64,000 nucleotides of DNA from an uncultured Acidobacteriota bacterium (GTDB lineage Bacteria; Acidobacteriota; Thermoanaerobaculia; UBA5066). Where the stretch lies: the NCBI GenBank assembly GCA_963779415.1, contig CAVZYA010000001.1, forward strand, positions 192,001 to 256,000. Direction: 5' to 3'. The translations under genes were made by a program, and so were the position numbers. Numbering within the stretch: the first letter of the stretch is position 1; every line of letters begins with the position of its first letter. Of this stretch, positions 1 to 9,903 are shown one piece after another. A model generated the notes under the pieces. That model was not told the DNA's origin, ran no database searches, and saw only the letters and a list, made by a program, of their open reading frames with translations.

Positions 1-115
1 GGGAGAGAGCGGCCGGGTCTGCGGGCGCACCGGGAGGCGGAAAACGCGGCAGCCGCGCCGAAGTGGAGGCCATTGACGGGCAGTTTAGCAACGCGCCTTG
101 CGTATCATTCGGCCG

Positions 116-1228
116 GTGGAGCATCGCGAGGCCCGGCGACGCCCTTACGGCATGGCGTTCTTCGTCGTTTTCGGAGCCGTTCTCGCGATTCTCTCGTACG
201 TCATCCTGCGTCCCTTTTTCGAAGCCATCGCGTGGGCCATCGTCCTCGCGGTCGCCTTCCGTCCCCTATGGGCGCGCGTCGAGTCCCGTTTCCGGACCCG
301 GCGATCGCTCGCCGCGGGAGTCACGTCCCTTCTGGTGGCCCTTCTCGTCCTTCTCCCGGCCGGACTTCTCGTCGCGGCCCTCGCCGGCCAGGCCGGGCAG
401 GCGGCGAGCCGGCTCGTCGGCGTCCTCAGGAGCCGCGACACCGTCCAGACCGGGGACCTGACGACCCTTCCCTTCGTCGGCGGGGGGGTGGTTTGGGTGC
501 AGCAGAAGACCGGGATCACCCCGGATGCCGTCAAGTTGCACGCGGCCCAGGGGCTCGCGAAGCTCTCCTCGCTCCTGGCCTCGGCCGGCGGGGGCGTCGT
601 CGTCGGTTTCCTGGGCGGCGTGATGACCTTCCTCCTGACGATGGTTCTTCTCTTCTTCTTTCTCCGAGACGGCGACGCGATGGCTGAGGCGGTGTCGGAG
701 ATCCTTCCCCTCTCGGAAGGGGAACGGCGCAAGGCGATGCAGCGGCTCGCTTCCATGCTTCGGTCGATCTTCCGCGGCTCCCTTCTGACGGCCGTCGTCC
801 AGGGCCTGCTCGGCGGGATCGGCTGGGCCCTCGCCGGGCTTCCGTCGGCCTTTCTCGCCGGAGCGGGAATGGCGGTCCTCTCGCTTCTTCCGATCGGAGG
901 GACGGCCCTCGTCTGGATTCCGGGCGCGATCGCGCTCGCCGTGCAGGGACGGACCGGGGCCGCGATCTTCCTCTTCGTCTGGGGCGTCATCGCGGTCGCC
1001 ACGGCCGACAATTTCCTCAAGCCGCTCCTCATACAGGGGGACGGGGAGCTGACGACGCTCGTCGTCTTCCTCGGCGTCTTCGGCGGCATCGCGGCCTTCG
1101 GTCTTCTCGGCGTCTTCATCGGGCCGATCGTCCTCGCGACGGCGCAGACGCTCGTGGAGGGAATGCGCCGCACCGCCCGGCACGAGCGCGAGGAAGCGGC
1201 GGCCGGGGGACCCGCTCCCGCGGAGTGA
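116..1228 (+). CDS. AI-2E family transporter
   Basis: Multi-TM protein with DNFLKPLLI and FGLLGVFIGP motifs; GTG at 116 chosen because TATCAT lies 7 nt upstream (ORF open from 98). Confidence 0.9.
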   Translation: MEHREARRRPYGMAFFVVFGAVLAILSYVILRPFFEAIAWAIVLAVAFRPLWARVESRFRTRRSLAAGVTSLLVALLVLLPAGLLVAALAGQAGQAASRLVGVLRSRDTVQTGDLTTLPFVGGGVVWVQQKTGITPDAVKLHAAQGLAKLSSLLASAGGGVVVGFLGGVMTFLLTMVLLFFFLRDGDAMAEAVSEILPLSEGERRKAMQRLASMLRSIFRGSLLTAVVQGLLGGIGWALAGLPSAFLAGAGMAVLSLLPIGGTALVWIPGAIALAVQGRTGAAIFLFVWGVIAVATADNFLKPLLIQGDGELTTLVVFLGVFGGIAAFGLLGVFIGPIVLATAQTLVEGMRRTARHEREEAAAGGPAPAE

Positions 1229-1229
1229 C

Positions 1230-2315
1230 TCAGGGGATCCAGTCGGCCAGAAAGACGTTCGTCTCGCCGGGACGGGCATTGTGGCGGTTCGAGCAGAAGA
1301 CGAGCTTCCTGCCGTCGGGCGAGAACATCGGGAAGCCGTCGAACGTCGGACTCGTCGTGATCTGCTCGAGCCCCGTTCCGTCGGCGTTGATCGCGAAGAG
1401 ATCGAAGTTCCGTCCGCGCGGATCGTTCCTGTTCGACGAGAAGATGATCCGGTCGTGCCCGCCCCGGAAGAAGAAGGGGGCGAAGCTGGCCGCGCCGAGG
1501 CTCGTCACCGGATGGTCGCCCGAGCCGTCCGCCTTCATGACGCGGATCTCCAGCGAGCGGGGGCGGATGAGAGCGCGCGCGAGGAGCGACTTGAAGGACT
1601 CGATCGCGGCCGGCTCCGTCGGATGGGAGGCCCGGTAGACGATCCACTCCCCGTCGTCGCTGAAGAACGGCCCTCCGTCGTAGCCGACCGTCGTCGTCAG
1701 GCGCTTCACGTCGCCGCCGTCCGCGTCCATCGTGTAGATGTCGAGGTCTCCGTCCCGCGCCGAGGTGAAGACGATCTTCTTCCCGTCCCGCGAGATCGTC
1801 GCCTCGGCGTCGTAGCCGTACGACCCGGTGAGGCGGCGGAGGTTCTTACCGTCGGAGTCCGCCGAGAAAATGTCGTACTCGGGATAGAGCGCCCAGACGT
1901 AACCCTGTGACATGTCGGGGGGCTTCGGACAGGCGTCGGCGCCGAGGTGCGTGGAGGAATAGAGGATCCGCTTCCCGTCCGGAAAGAAGTAGGCGCAGGT
2001 CGTCCGTCCTTTTCCGGTCGAAACGAGCTTCGGCTCGGCTTTCGGGCTTTCGGGATCCAGGATGAAGATCTGGTCGCAGGCGTATGGAGGGCGCGTCGAC
2101 TGGAAGATCAGCTTCGTCCCGTCGGCCGACCAGTAGGCTTCCGCGTTCTCTCCGCCGAAAGTGAGCTGCCGGACGTTCCTGAGGTGCGGCTCCCCGGCGT
2201 ACTCGAGGGGCGAGAGAGTTCCCTCGACAGAACCCGGCGCTGCAGCCGCGAGGGCGGCGGCGGCGAGCGTGGCGACGAGGACGAGTTCACGACGACGTGC
2301 GGCGGTCATTCTCAT
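1230..2315 (-). CDS. Secreted TolB-like PD40 beta-propeller protein
   Basis: Signal peptide; repeated WSADG/FSPDG/ISRDG PD40 motifs. Confidence 0.88.
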   Translation of the reverse strand: MRMTAARRRELVLVATLAAAALAAAAPGSVEGTLSPLEYAGEPHLRNVRQLTFGGENAEAYWSADGTKLIFQSTRPPYACDQIFILDPESPKAEPKLVSTGKGRTTCAYFFPDGKRILYSSTHLGADACPKPPDMSQGYVWALYPEYDIFSADSDGKNLRRLTGSYGYDAEATISRDGKKIVFTSARDGDLDIYTMDADGGDVKRLTTTVGYDGGPFFSDDGEWIVYRASHPTEPAAIESFKSLLARALIRPRSLEIRVMKADGSGDHPVTSLGAASFAPFFFRGGHDRIIFSSNRNDPRGRNFDLFAINADGTGLEQITTSPTFDGFPMFSPDGRKLVFCSNRHNARPGETNVFLADWIP

Positions 2316-2341
2316 GATGAAGCCGGTAATATAAGGCGGTT

Positions 2342-3792
2342 ATGGATCCGAAACCGTCCGATTCGAGGACGGCCGACGCGGCGACGCTGGCCCGGGACCT
2401 CGTGGACCGGCTCACGGCCATCTCCGTCTCGCTCTCGAACGGGCCCGACGGGGCCGGCGGCGGAGGGCGGGCGCCGCGCGTGGAGAAGGGGGGAACGGCG
2501 ACTTTCGCCGACTTCCGGAGCCCGCGCGCCGTTCTCGAGAACGGGGCGGGGTATGTCGCGCCCTTCCTTCCGGCCGAAGCTTCTCTCCGGCCGGTCAAGG
2601 CCCTTCTTCTCCGCGTCCTCCGGGTCATCACCCGGGACCAGACGGTCTTCAACTCGGCGATCCTCGAATCGCTTCGCGGGACGCTTCTCGCGGCGGACGC
2701 CGCCTTTCGCGAGGCGGCGGCGGCGATCGAGCGGGCCCGGGCCGAGGCCGCGGCGTCGATCGCGCGGACGGAAGCGACCGAGGAGGCGCTGCGAGACTCC
2801 GAGAGACGGATCTTCGAAGCCCTCGAGAAGAGCCGATCCGCTCTCGAGGACGCGCTTCGCGCCGCCGCGGACCTCTACCGGACCCAGGTCCGCGTCGATG
2901 GCCTGGAGAAGGACCGGGACCGTCTTTCGGACGCCGCGGCCGCCAGCCTCCGCACGGCCTCGGAGCTTCAGACGTCGCTCGCGACCCTCGAAACGCGGCT
3001 CTCCGGGAGGTCCGAGGAGCTTCGGCTCCTCAAGCTCGAATGGAGCACGCTCCGGTCCGAGCTTGGCTCCTTTCCGGGCGTCCCTGTCGAGGAGAGACGC
3101 CGCGCCGCAGGCGCCTCCGGCGCCGAGGGCCGACGACCCTCTTCGCGCGGGGATCTACGTCGACTTCGAGGAGGGGTTTCGCGGTTCGGAGGCGGAGATC
3201 CGGAAGCGCCAGGAAGCCGACGCGGCGCTCTTCCGCGGGGCCCCCGGCCCGGTGGCGGACCTCGGCTGCGGCCGAGGGGAGTTCCTCGAAGCGCTCGAGG
3301 CGGCGGGGATCCCGGCGGTCGGATGCGATGCGAACCCGGTCATGGCGGCACGCGCGAAGGGAAAGGGGCTGAAGGTCGAGAAGGCCGACCTCTTCGACTG
3401 GCTCCGCGAGCGGCGAAACGGATCGCTGGGCGGCGTCACGGCCTACCAGGTCGTGGAGCACCTCTTCCCGGCGAGCCTCTACGAGCTCGTGGAGCTCTGC
3501 GCGGCGAAGCTCGCGCCGGGAGGCGTCCTTCTCTTCGAGAGCGTGAATCCGGAGTCGGCGTACGCCATGAAATGGTTCTGGATGGATCTGACGCACGTGC
3601 GCCCCGTGCCGGCTCCGTCGCTCGCGCGCCTTCTCTCGGCGTCCGGCTTTCGCGACGTCCGGATCGACTGGAGGTCGCCCGTACCCGGAGGCCGAGGCGC
3701 CTCCGGCGGAGCTTCGGGAGGACGTGAGGCTGGGGCCGATGATGCGGCTCCTTTTCGGACCCCAGGACTACGCGGTGATCGGGCGGAAGTAG
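2342..3792 (+). CDS. Coiled-coil + class I SAM methyltransferase (surface glycan capping type); apparent frameshifts near 3080-3130 and 3690
   Basis: Heptad-rich N-terminus in ORF 2342; FEEGFRGS, DLGCGRGEFL, QVVEHL, DLTHVRP in frame of ORF 1947; FGPQDYAVIGRK-stop abuts next gene. Confidence 0.8.
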
Positions 3793-4830
3793 ATGGCCCG
3801 GATTCTCGTCTGCAACGCGCAGGTTCCCTTCGTCTCCGGCGGCGCGGAGCGGCATGCCGCGGGGCTCGTCCGGGAGCTGAGAGCCGCCGGGCACGACACG
3901 GAGCTCGTCCTGCTCCCGTACAAGTGGTACCCGCGCGCCGAGATCCTCGCATCGGCGATGGCGTGGCGGCTTCTCGACGTGACCGAGGCCGACGGGAAGA
4001 AGATCGACCTGGTCATCCCGTTGAAGTTCCCCTCGTACATGGTCCGTCACCCGAACAAGGTGGTCTGGCTGATCCACCAGCTCCGGCAGGCCTATGACCG
4101 TTTCGGGACCGCGGGGAGCGACTTTTCCGCCTCGCCCGAAGACACGCGCTGGCGCGAGCTGATCGCGGAGGCCGACGGCACCGGCCTCGGCGAGGCGCGG
4201 AGGATCTTCACGAACGCGAAGAACACGGCGGAGCGACTTCGCCGGTTCAACGGGATCGACGGGGAGGCGCTCTACCACCCGCCGCCTCTCGCGGGGCGCT
4301 ATCGGAGCGGGGAGAGCGGCGGCTTCGCCTTCATCGCGGGACGCCTCGATCCCTGGAAGCGCGTCGATCTCGCGATCGCCGCGGCGGCGGCGGGGAAGTT
4401 TCCCCTGGTCGTCGCCGGTTCCGGACCGGACGAGAAGCGGCTCCGGCAGCTCGCCGAGAAGAGCAGGGCCAGGGTCACCTTCCGCGGCGCCGTCACGGAC
4501 GAGGAGCTGCTCGGGCTCTACGCCACCGCGGGCGTCGTCCTCTTCACGCCGGCGGACGAGGACTACGGCTACATCGCGCTCGAAGGCTTTCTCTCGAAGA
4601 AACCCGTCGTCACCTGCGCCGACTCGGGAGGGCCTCTCGAGTTCGTCGAGGACGACGTGACCGGGCGCGTCGCCCCGCCCGAAGGCGCGTCGCTCGGCGC
4701 CGCCACGGCGGAGATTCTCGCGGACCCCTCGCGAGCGCGCCGGCTCGGCGAGGCCGGCTACGAGCGGGTGCGCGGCATCACCTGGGCGGCCGCCGTGGAG
4801 ACGCTCCTTTCGGCCGGGGGAGTCGGGTGA
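3793..4830 (+). CDS. Glycosyltransferase family 4
   Basis: GGAE N-terminal motif, GRLDPWKR, EDYGYIALE. Confidence 0.92.
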   Translation: MARILVCNAQVPFVSGGAERHAAGLVRELRAAGHDTELVLLPYKWYPRAEILASAMAWRLLDVTEADGKKIDLVIPLKFPSYMVRHPNKVVWLIHQLRQAYDRFGTAGSDFSASPEDTRWRELIAEADGTGLGEARRIFTNAKNTAERLRRFNGIDGEALYHPPPLAGRYRSGESGGFAFIAGRLDPWKRVDLAIAAAAAGKFPLVVAGSGPDEKRLRQLAEKSRARVTFRGAVTDEELLGLYATAGVVLFTPADEDYGYIALEGFLSKKPVVTCADSGGPLEFVEDDVTGRVAPPEGASLGAATAEILADPSRARRLGEAGYERVRGITWAAAVETLLSAGGVG

Positions 4831-6155
4831 GCCGACGCCTCTCCGTCGGATTCGTCTCTCCCTTCCCGCCGGTGAGGTCCGGGATCGCGGACTTCTCGGC
4901 GGAGCTCTTTCCGGCGCTCGCCGCGTTCGTCGACGCCGTGGCGTATCCCCCCGCCGAGGCGAAACGGGCGTTCTCTTCCGGGCACGACGTCGTCCTTCTC
5001 GAGATCGGGAACGACCCCCTCCACGCGCCGTCCTACGAGGCTCTGACGGACGATTCGCGGACGACGCCGGCCGTCGTCACCCTTCACGATTTTTCGCTCC
5101 ACCACCTCTTCGCCGCGGCGTACCTCGACGGCGGCCGCGAGGAGGAATACGGGCGCGAGCTCGAGCGAAATCACGGCGAGAAGGGACGGGCTCTCTGGGA
5201 GCGAATGAGGGCGGGCGTGAAGGTCCCGATCTGGGATCTCGAGCCCTGGAGCTACCCGATGTCGACGGAAGTGGCGCGCCGGGCGGCCATCCTCGTCGTC
5301 CACTCGAAGCTCGTGGAGGGATGCATCCTCCGCGCCGCGCCGGGAACCGACGTGGTGGAGTTCCCGCTCCACGTCGTCCCGGCGCCCCGGACGCCGCGCG
5401 ACGAGGCCCGACGCTCGCTCGGCTTGCCGCTCGACCGGCCGGTCGCCGTCACGCTCGGCATCCTGACTCCGGCCAAGCGCGTCCTGAAGGTCCTCGAGGC
5501 GCTCGCGACCCTGCCTCCGTCGTCGCGCCCGTTCCTCTTCGTCGGGGGCGTCGGCGGCGACGACGATCCCCACCGGATCGCGGCGCGGGACCTCGGGCTC
5601 CAGAGCGACGTCGGCTTCGGCGGCTATCTCCCGGAAGAGGATTTCTGGCGCGCCGCGTCCGCGGCCGATCTCGCGGTCAACCTCCGGCATCCGACGGTGG
5701 GGGAGGCCTCCGGTGCCGTCTGCCGCCTCGCGGGCTTCGGGCTCCCCTTCATCGTCAGCGATGCGGGATGGTTCCGCGAGCTGCCGGATTCCTTCGCGGC
5801 GAAGATACCGGTCGGCGACGGCGAGGTGGAGGCGATCGCCGCCGAGCTTGCGCGCCTCGCGTTCGATCCCTCCACGGCGAAGGAGAGGGGCGTGGCGGCA
5901 GCGGCGTGGGGGGAGCGGCGCCGGCCCGATCGGATCGCGGAAGGATATTCGCTCGTTCTGCGGGAAGCCGCCGAGGGGCGGGGGCGCCTCCGCGCGCTGA
6001 CCGGGAGGCTGGCACGGGAGCTGTCGAGCCTGGGTATCGGGCGTGCCGGAACTCTCGGCGCGGCGAGCCGCGTGCCGGATGCGGCGGTCGTCGGGGCGCT
6101 CTCGGCGCGGCTCGAGGGGCTCGTGCCGTCTCGCCCGGTTCTGTCCTTCGACTAG
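4827..6155 (+). CDS. Glycosyltransferase family 4-like
   Basis: SPFPPVRSGIADFS, TLHD, VNLRHPTVGEASG motifs; GTGA overlap with upstream GT. Confidence 0.88.
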   Translation: MSRRLSVGFVSPFPPVRSGIADFSAELFPALAAFVDAVAYPPAEAKRAFSSGHDVVLLEIGNDPLHAPSYEALTDDSRTTPAVVTLHDFSLHHLFAAAYLDGGREEEYGRELERNHGEKGRALWERMRAGVKVPIWDLEPWSYPMSTEVARRAAILVVHSKLVEGCILRAAPGTDVVEFPLHVVPAPRTPRDEARRSLGLPLDRPVAVTLGILTPAKRVLKVLEALATLPPSSRPFLFVGGVGGDDDPHRIAARDLGLQSDVGFGGYLPEEDFWRAASAADLAVNLRHPTVGEASGAVCRLAGFGLPFIVSDAGWFRELPDSFAAKIPVGDGEVEAIAAELARLAFDPSTAKERGVAAAAWGERRRPDRIAEGYSLVLREAAEGRGRLRALTGRLARELSSLGIGRAGTLGAASRVPDAAVVGALSARLEGLVPSRPVLSFD

Positions 6156-6199
6156 CCTTCGAGGACCGGCGTTCCGAAACGATCCGTCTCGCGATTCGA

Positions 6200-6652
6200 T
6201 CAGGCGGGCCGCTTCAGGGAGGCGACGATCTTCAGCATCTCTTCGGCCCCGACGTACCCTTCCACCTTCCGGACGACCTCGCCGGACGCGGAGACGAAGA
6301 TCACGGTGGGAAAGCCGCGGACGCGATACTGCTCGGCCACCGCCTCGCCTTCCTTCTCGGCGTTCACCTTGATGGAGATGACGCCCCGGAGCGCTTCGGC
6401 CACGCGAACGTCGCCGTAGGTCTCCGTGTCCAGCTTCTTGCACCAGCCGCACCAGTCCGTGTAGAAGTCGACCATGACGAGACGGTTCTCCTTCTTCGCG
6501 CGGTCGAGCGCGGAGGAGAAGTCGAGAGAGGCGAATTCGACCTTCGTCGACTCGCTCGCCGCGGGGGCGGAGGGACCTCGTCCGCAGCCTCCCGAGACGA
6601 TCAGGAGGGCGGCGACGAGAGGGGCGGCGCGCAGGGTGATGCGGGACCTCAT
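6200..6652 (-). CDS. Exported thioredoxin family (lipo)protein
   Basis: DFYTDWCGWC CxxC, GFPT cis-Pro loop, lipobox-like SGGC. Confidence 0.88.
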   Translation of the reverse strand: MRSRITLRAAPLVAALLIVSGGCGRGPSAPAASESTKVEFASLDFSSALDRAKKENRLVMVDFYTDWCGWCKKLDTETYGDVRVAEALRGVISIKVNAEKEGEAVAEQYRVRGFPTVIFVSASGEVVRKVEGYVGAEEMLKIVASLKRPA

Positions 6653-6662
6653 AGAGGGCGGA

Positions 6663-7277
6663 TCATACCGGCTCCAGGAGGCCGAAACGGAGGAGTGACC
6701 GCTCGAAGGCGCTCGGACCCGAAACGACGAAGCCCGGGATGCCGAGCGTTCGCGCCGCGGCGACGTAGTCGCCCCGGTCGTCGGCAAAGAGGGCCTCCTC
6801 CGGTGAGGCGGCCGCGGTCCTGAGGGCGGCGTCGAAGATTCGTGCCTCGGGCTTCGCGGCCCCTGTCTCGAACGAAAGGACGATGCCGTCCACGAGAGAG
6901 GGGACGTCGAAGACGCGAAGGACCCCTTCCCAGTGAAGCGCGTTCGTGTTGGAGACGAGGATTCGCTTCACGCTCCGCCGGACGCGAGAGAGCGCGCCGA
7001 GGGCCGTGAGGTCCGGCTCGAAGATGTCGCGCCATGCGGGAATCCAGAGGTCGTCGGGAATGCGCGGGATTCCGGCCGATCTCTCCACCGAACGGAAGAA
7101 CTCCACGGCCGTGAGCCGCCCGAGGTCGAATTCGCGCGAAAGGGGCCCGAAGACGAAGGGACGAAGCGTCTCGCCCGGGATCCCCGACGCCGCTTCGAGG
7201 GCGCGGAGAGTCCGGCCGTGGTCGAACCGGACGAGGACCTGACCGAGATCGACGAGGAGGGCGCGGACCGGGGGCAT
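6663..7277 (-). CDS. HAD family phosphatase (YihX-like)
   Basis: DLGQVL, VSNTN, AKPEARIF, FADD motifs. Confidence 0.88.
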   Translation of the reverse strand: MPPVRALLVDLGQVLVRFDHGRTLRALEAASGIPGETLRPFVFGPLSREFDLGRLTAVEFFRSVERSAGIPRIPDDLWIPAWRDIFEPDLTALGALSRVRRSVKRILVSNTNALHWEGVLRVFDVPSLVDGIVLSFETGAAKPEARIFDAALRTAAASPEEALFADDRGDYVAAARTLGIPGFVVSGPSAFERSLLRFGLLEPV

Positions 7278-7285
7278 CGGGTGCG

Positions 7286-7321
7286 AAAAGAAAAAAGACG
7301 CCCCGGATTGCCCGAGGCGTC
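7286..7321 (-). terminator. Intrinsic terminator of small lipoprotein gene
   Basis: GACGCCTCGG/CCGGGGCGTC stem followed by T-run on minus strand. Confidence 0.8.
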
Positions 7322-7342
7322 CTCCGTAACTCGACGAGCTAC

Positions 7343-7555
7343 TTACTTCGTAGCCGGGGTGGCGGGAGCCGGAGCGGCCGGCGCCGGGGCGGCAGTCGTG
7401 GCCGGTGTCCCGGGGGCGGCGGCCGTGGCGGCGGGCTTCTCCTCGACGACCTTCGGGGCCTCCGCCTTCGGGGCGGGCTTCTCTTCGGGCTTGGCACAGG
7501 CGACGAAGCCGAGGGCGAGAACGGAGGCGGTGAGAACGGAAGCAATCTTCTTCAT
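7343..7555 (-). CDS. Small Ala/Pro-rich lipoprotein
   Basis: MKKIASV..LALGFVAC lipobox; AAGGAG RBS; own promoter and terminator. Confidence 0.8.
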   Translation of the reverse strand: MKKIASVLTASVLALGFVACAKPEEKPAPKAEAPKVVEEKPAATAAAPGTPATTAAPAPAAPAPATPATK

Positions 7556-7693
7556 TTCGAACTCCTTCTTCTTATTGGTGTTACGCAAGTTCCACCTGCG
7601 TTTCCAGCTGGTTGTTCAGCTCTAGTTTTGGCGCTGGCGGCTCGGTCACACAACATCACCGCCGCGTCCCGGACGCCTCGAACTTCACCGCAT

Positions 7694-7721
7694 AGCATAG
7701 CGAAAGCTTTCGTTCTGTCAA
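7694..7721 (-). promoter_or_regulatory. Sigma70-type promoter TTGACA-N16-TATGCT with palindrome CGAAAGCTTTCG in spacer
   Basis: Read directly from sequence upstream of lipoprotein gene. Confidence 0.6.
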
Positions 7722-7778
7722 GTTGTCCAGTGCAAGGGAGGAGGCGCTCGCGCCCCCTGCTACACTCGGCGCCCCTCG

Positions 7779-9080
7779 ATGTTCGAGTCCCTTTCCGACA
7801 GGCTGCAGCGCGTCTTCAAGGAGCTCCGGGGCGAGGGGCATCTGACGGAGTTCCACGTCGATCAGGCCCTCGAGGAGATTCGGACGGCCCTTCTGGAGGC
7901 GGACGTGAGCCTTTCGGTCGTCCGCGACTTCACGGCAGCGGTTCGCGTGAAGGCGGTCGGCAAGGAGGTCCTGACGTCGTTCTCCCCGGCGCAGCAGGTT
8001 CTCGCGATCGTCCAGGAAGAGCTGGCACGCGTCCTCGGCGGAAGCGTCGCGACCCTTGCCCTCAAGAAGCGGCCCGCGGTGATTCTCCTCGTCGGCCTTC
8101 AGGGGTCCGGAAAGACGACGACGGCCGCGAAGCTCGCCCTCCACCTGAAGAAGAACCTCGGGAAGAGCGTTCTTCTCGTCCCTGCCGATGTCCACCGCCC
8201 CGCCGCGACGGAGCAGCTCCGGACGCTCGCGAAGGAGAACGGCCTCGCCGCCTGGGATCCGAAAGGGGAGACGGACGCCATCGCACGCGCGCGTGCCGCC
8301 GTGAAGGAGGCCAGACTTTTCGGCTACGACGCCGCCATCGTCGACACCGCCGGGCGCCTCCACGTCGACGCCGCGCTCATGGACGAGGTGGCGCGCCTCT
8401 CGGCGGCGGTCGAAGCGGACGAGGTCCTCTTCGTGGCCGACGCCATGACGGGGCAGGACGCCGTCCTGTCGGCGCAGGCTTTCGCCGAGAAGCTTCCGCT
8501 CTCGGGCGTCATCCTCACGAAGACGGACGGCGACGCCCGCGGCGGCGCCGCGCTGTCGCTCCGCACGATCGTGGGGCGTCCGCTGAAGTTCGTCGGGACC
8601 GGTGAGAAGGTGAAGGACTTCGAGCCGTTCCATCCGGACCGCACGGCCTCCCGGCTCCTCGGGCTCGGCGACGTCCAGACCCTCTTCGAGAAAGTTGCAG
8701 CCGGTACGGATGAGGCGGCGGCCCTCCGGACGGCGGAGAAGCTCCGGAAGAACGCGTTCACCCTCACCGACCTCCGCGACCAGATGCGCCAGCTCAAGGG
8801 GATCGGTCCGCTCGGCTCGCTCCTCGGGCACCTGCCGAAGGTCGGGCCTCTCAAGCAGCTCGCGAACCTCGACATTCCCGACGACGCGACGAAGACCCTC
8901 GAGGCGATCATCGACTCGATGACTCCCGGCGAGCGGGAGGATCCGTCGATCATCAACGGCAGCCGGAGGAAGCGGATCGCGGCCGGCTCCGGCACGACCG
9001 TGCCCGAGGTGAACCAGCTCCTCCGGCAGTACCTGTCCATGAAGAAGATGATGAAGAGCGCCGCGCGGATGCGCGGCTGA
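7779..9080 (+). CDS. ffh: Signal recognition particle protein Ffh
   Basis: GLQGSGKTTT, DTAGR, TKTDGDARGG, IIDSMT..ER M domain. Confidence 0.98.
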   Translation: MFESLSDRLQRVFKELRGEGHLTEFHVDQALEEIRTALLEADVSLSVVRDFTAAVRVKAVGKEVLTSFSPAQQVLAIVQEELARVLGGSVATLALKKRPAVILLVGLQGSGKTTTAAKLALHLKKNLGKSVLLVPADVHRPAATEQLRTLAKENGLAAWDPKGETDAIARARAAVKEARLFGYDAAIVDTAGRLHVDAALMDEVARLSAAVEADEVLFVADAMTGQDAVLSAQAFAEKLPLSGVILTKTDGDARGGAALSLRTIVGRPLKFVGTGEKVKDFEPFHPDRTASRLLGLGDVQTLFEKVAAGTDEAAALRTAEKLRKNAFTLTDLRDQMRQLKGIGPLGSLLGHLPKVGPLKQLANLDIPDDATKTLEAIIDSMTPGEREDPSIINGSRRKRIAAGSGTTVPEVNQLLRQYLSMKKMMKSAARMRG

Positions 9081-9111
9081 TCGAAAACGAAGAAACAACA
9101 GGTGAGGTGAC

Positions 9112-9345
9112 ATGCTGAAGATCCGTCTCCGCCGCGTCGGCGGCACGAACGCCCCCGCGTACCGAATCGTCGTCTCCGACGGCCGCCGGACTCCGACCGC
9201 CAAGATCGTCGAAGAACTCGGCTCCTACGACCCGACGAAGAACCCTCCGACCATGAAGTTCGACCGTGAGAAAGCCCAGCAGTGGATCGCCAAGGGGGCC
9301 CAGCCTTCCGAAACGGTCCGCCGGCTCATCGCGAAGAAGGCCTGA
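9112..9345 (+). CDS. rpsP: 30S ribosomal protein S16
   Basis: MLKIRLRR, YRIVV, GAQPSETV. Confidence 0.98.
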   Translation: MLKIRLRRVGGTNAPAYRIVVSDGRRTPTAKIVEELGSYDPTKNPPTMKFDREKAQQWIAKGAQPSETVRRLIAKKA

Positions 9346-9874
9346 CCCGGCCGCCCCCGTCCGTCCGGCGGATCTCGTCGTCGTCGGGCGCGTCGTACGA
9401 CCGCACGGGGTCCGGGGTGAGGCGTCGGTCGAGATTCTGACCGACTTTCCGGAGCGCCTCCGCGCGGGGCGCATGCTTGGCGCGCGGAGCCCCTCCGGCG
9501 AGGTGGCTCCGCTTCGCGTCGCCTCCGCGAGGCCTCACGGGGAACGACTTCTCGTCCGGTTCGAAGGGGTCGGGACGCCCGAGGCCGTCGAGGCTCTCCG
9601 CGGAAGCGACCTTTGCGCTCTTCCCGGCGACGAGCCGGCGCGGCCCGAAGGGTACGTCTTTTGGCACGAAGCCGCCGGCCTCACCGCCGTCTCGGGCGAC
9701 GGGCATCCGCTCGGAACCGTCCGGGAGCTCGTCGACGTCGCCGGACGGCCGCTCCTGGTCCTCGACACGCCGCGCGGCCCCCGGGAGGTACCTTTCTCCC
9801 GGCCCATCGTCGTCTCCGTCGATCTCGCGGCACGGCGGATCGTTCTCGACCCCCCGGAGGGCCTGCTGGACTGA
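9344..9874 (+). CDS. rimM: Ribosome maturation factor RimM (start uncertain)
   Basis: VGRVVRPHGVRGE, C-terminal PEGLLD; position between rpsP and trmD; no in-frame start codon after rpsP stop. Confidence 0.9.
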   Translation, partial: DPAAPVRPADLVVVGRVVRPHGVRGEASVEILTDFPERLRAGRMLGARSPSGEVAPLRVASARPHGERLLVRFEGVGTPEAVEALRGSDLCALPGDEPARPEGYVFWHEAAGLTAVSGDGHPLGTVRELVDVAGRPLLVLDTPRGPREVPFSRPIVVSVDLAARRIVLDPPEGLLD

Positions 9875-9903
9875 CTCCGCCATCGCGATACGCTTGCTTC
9901 CGC

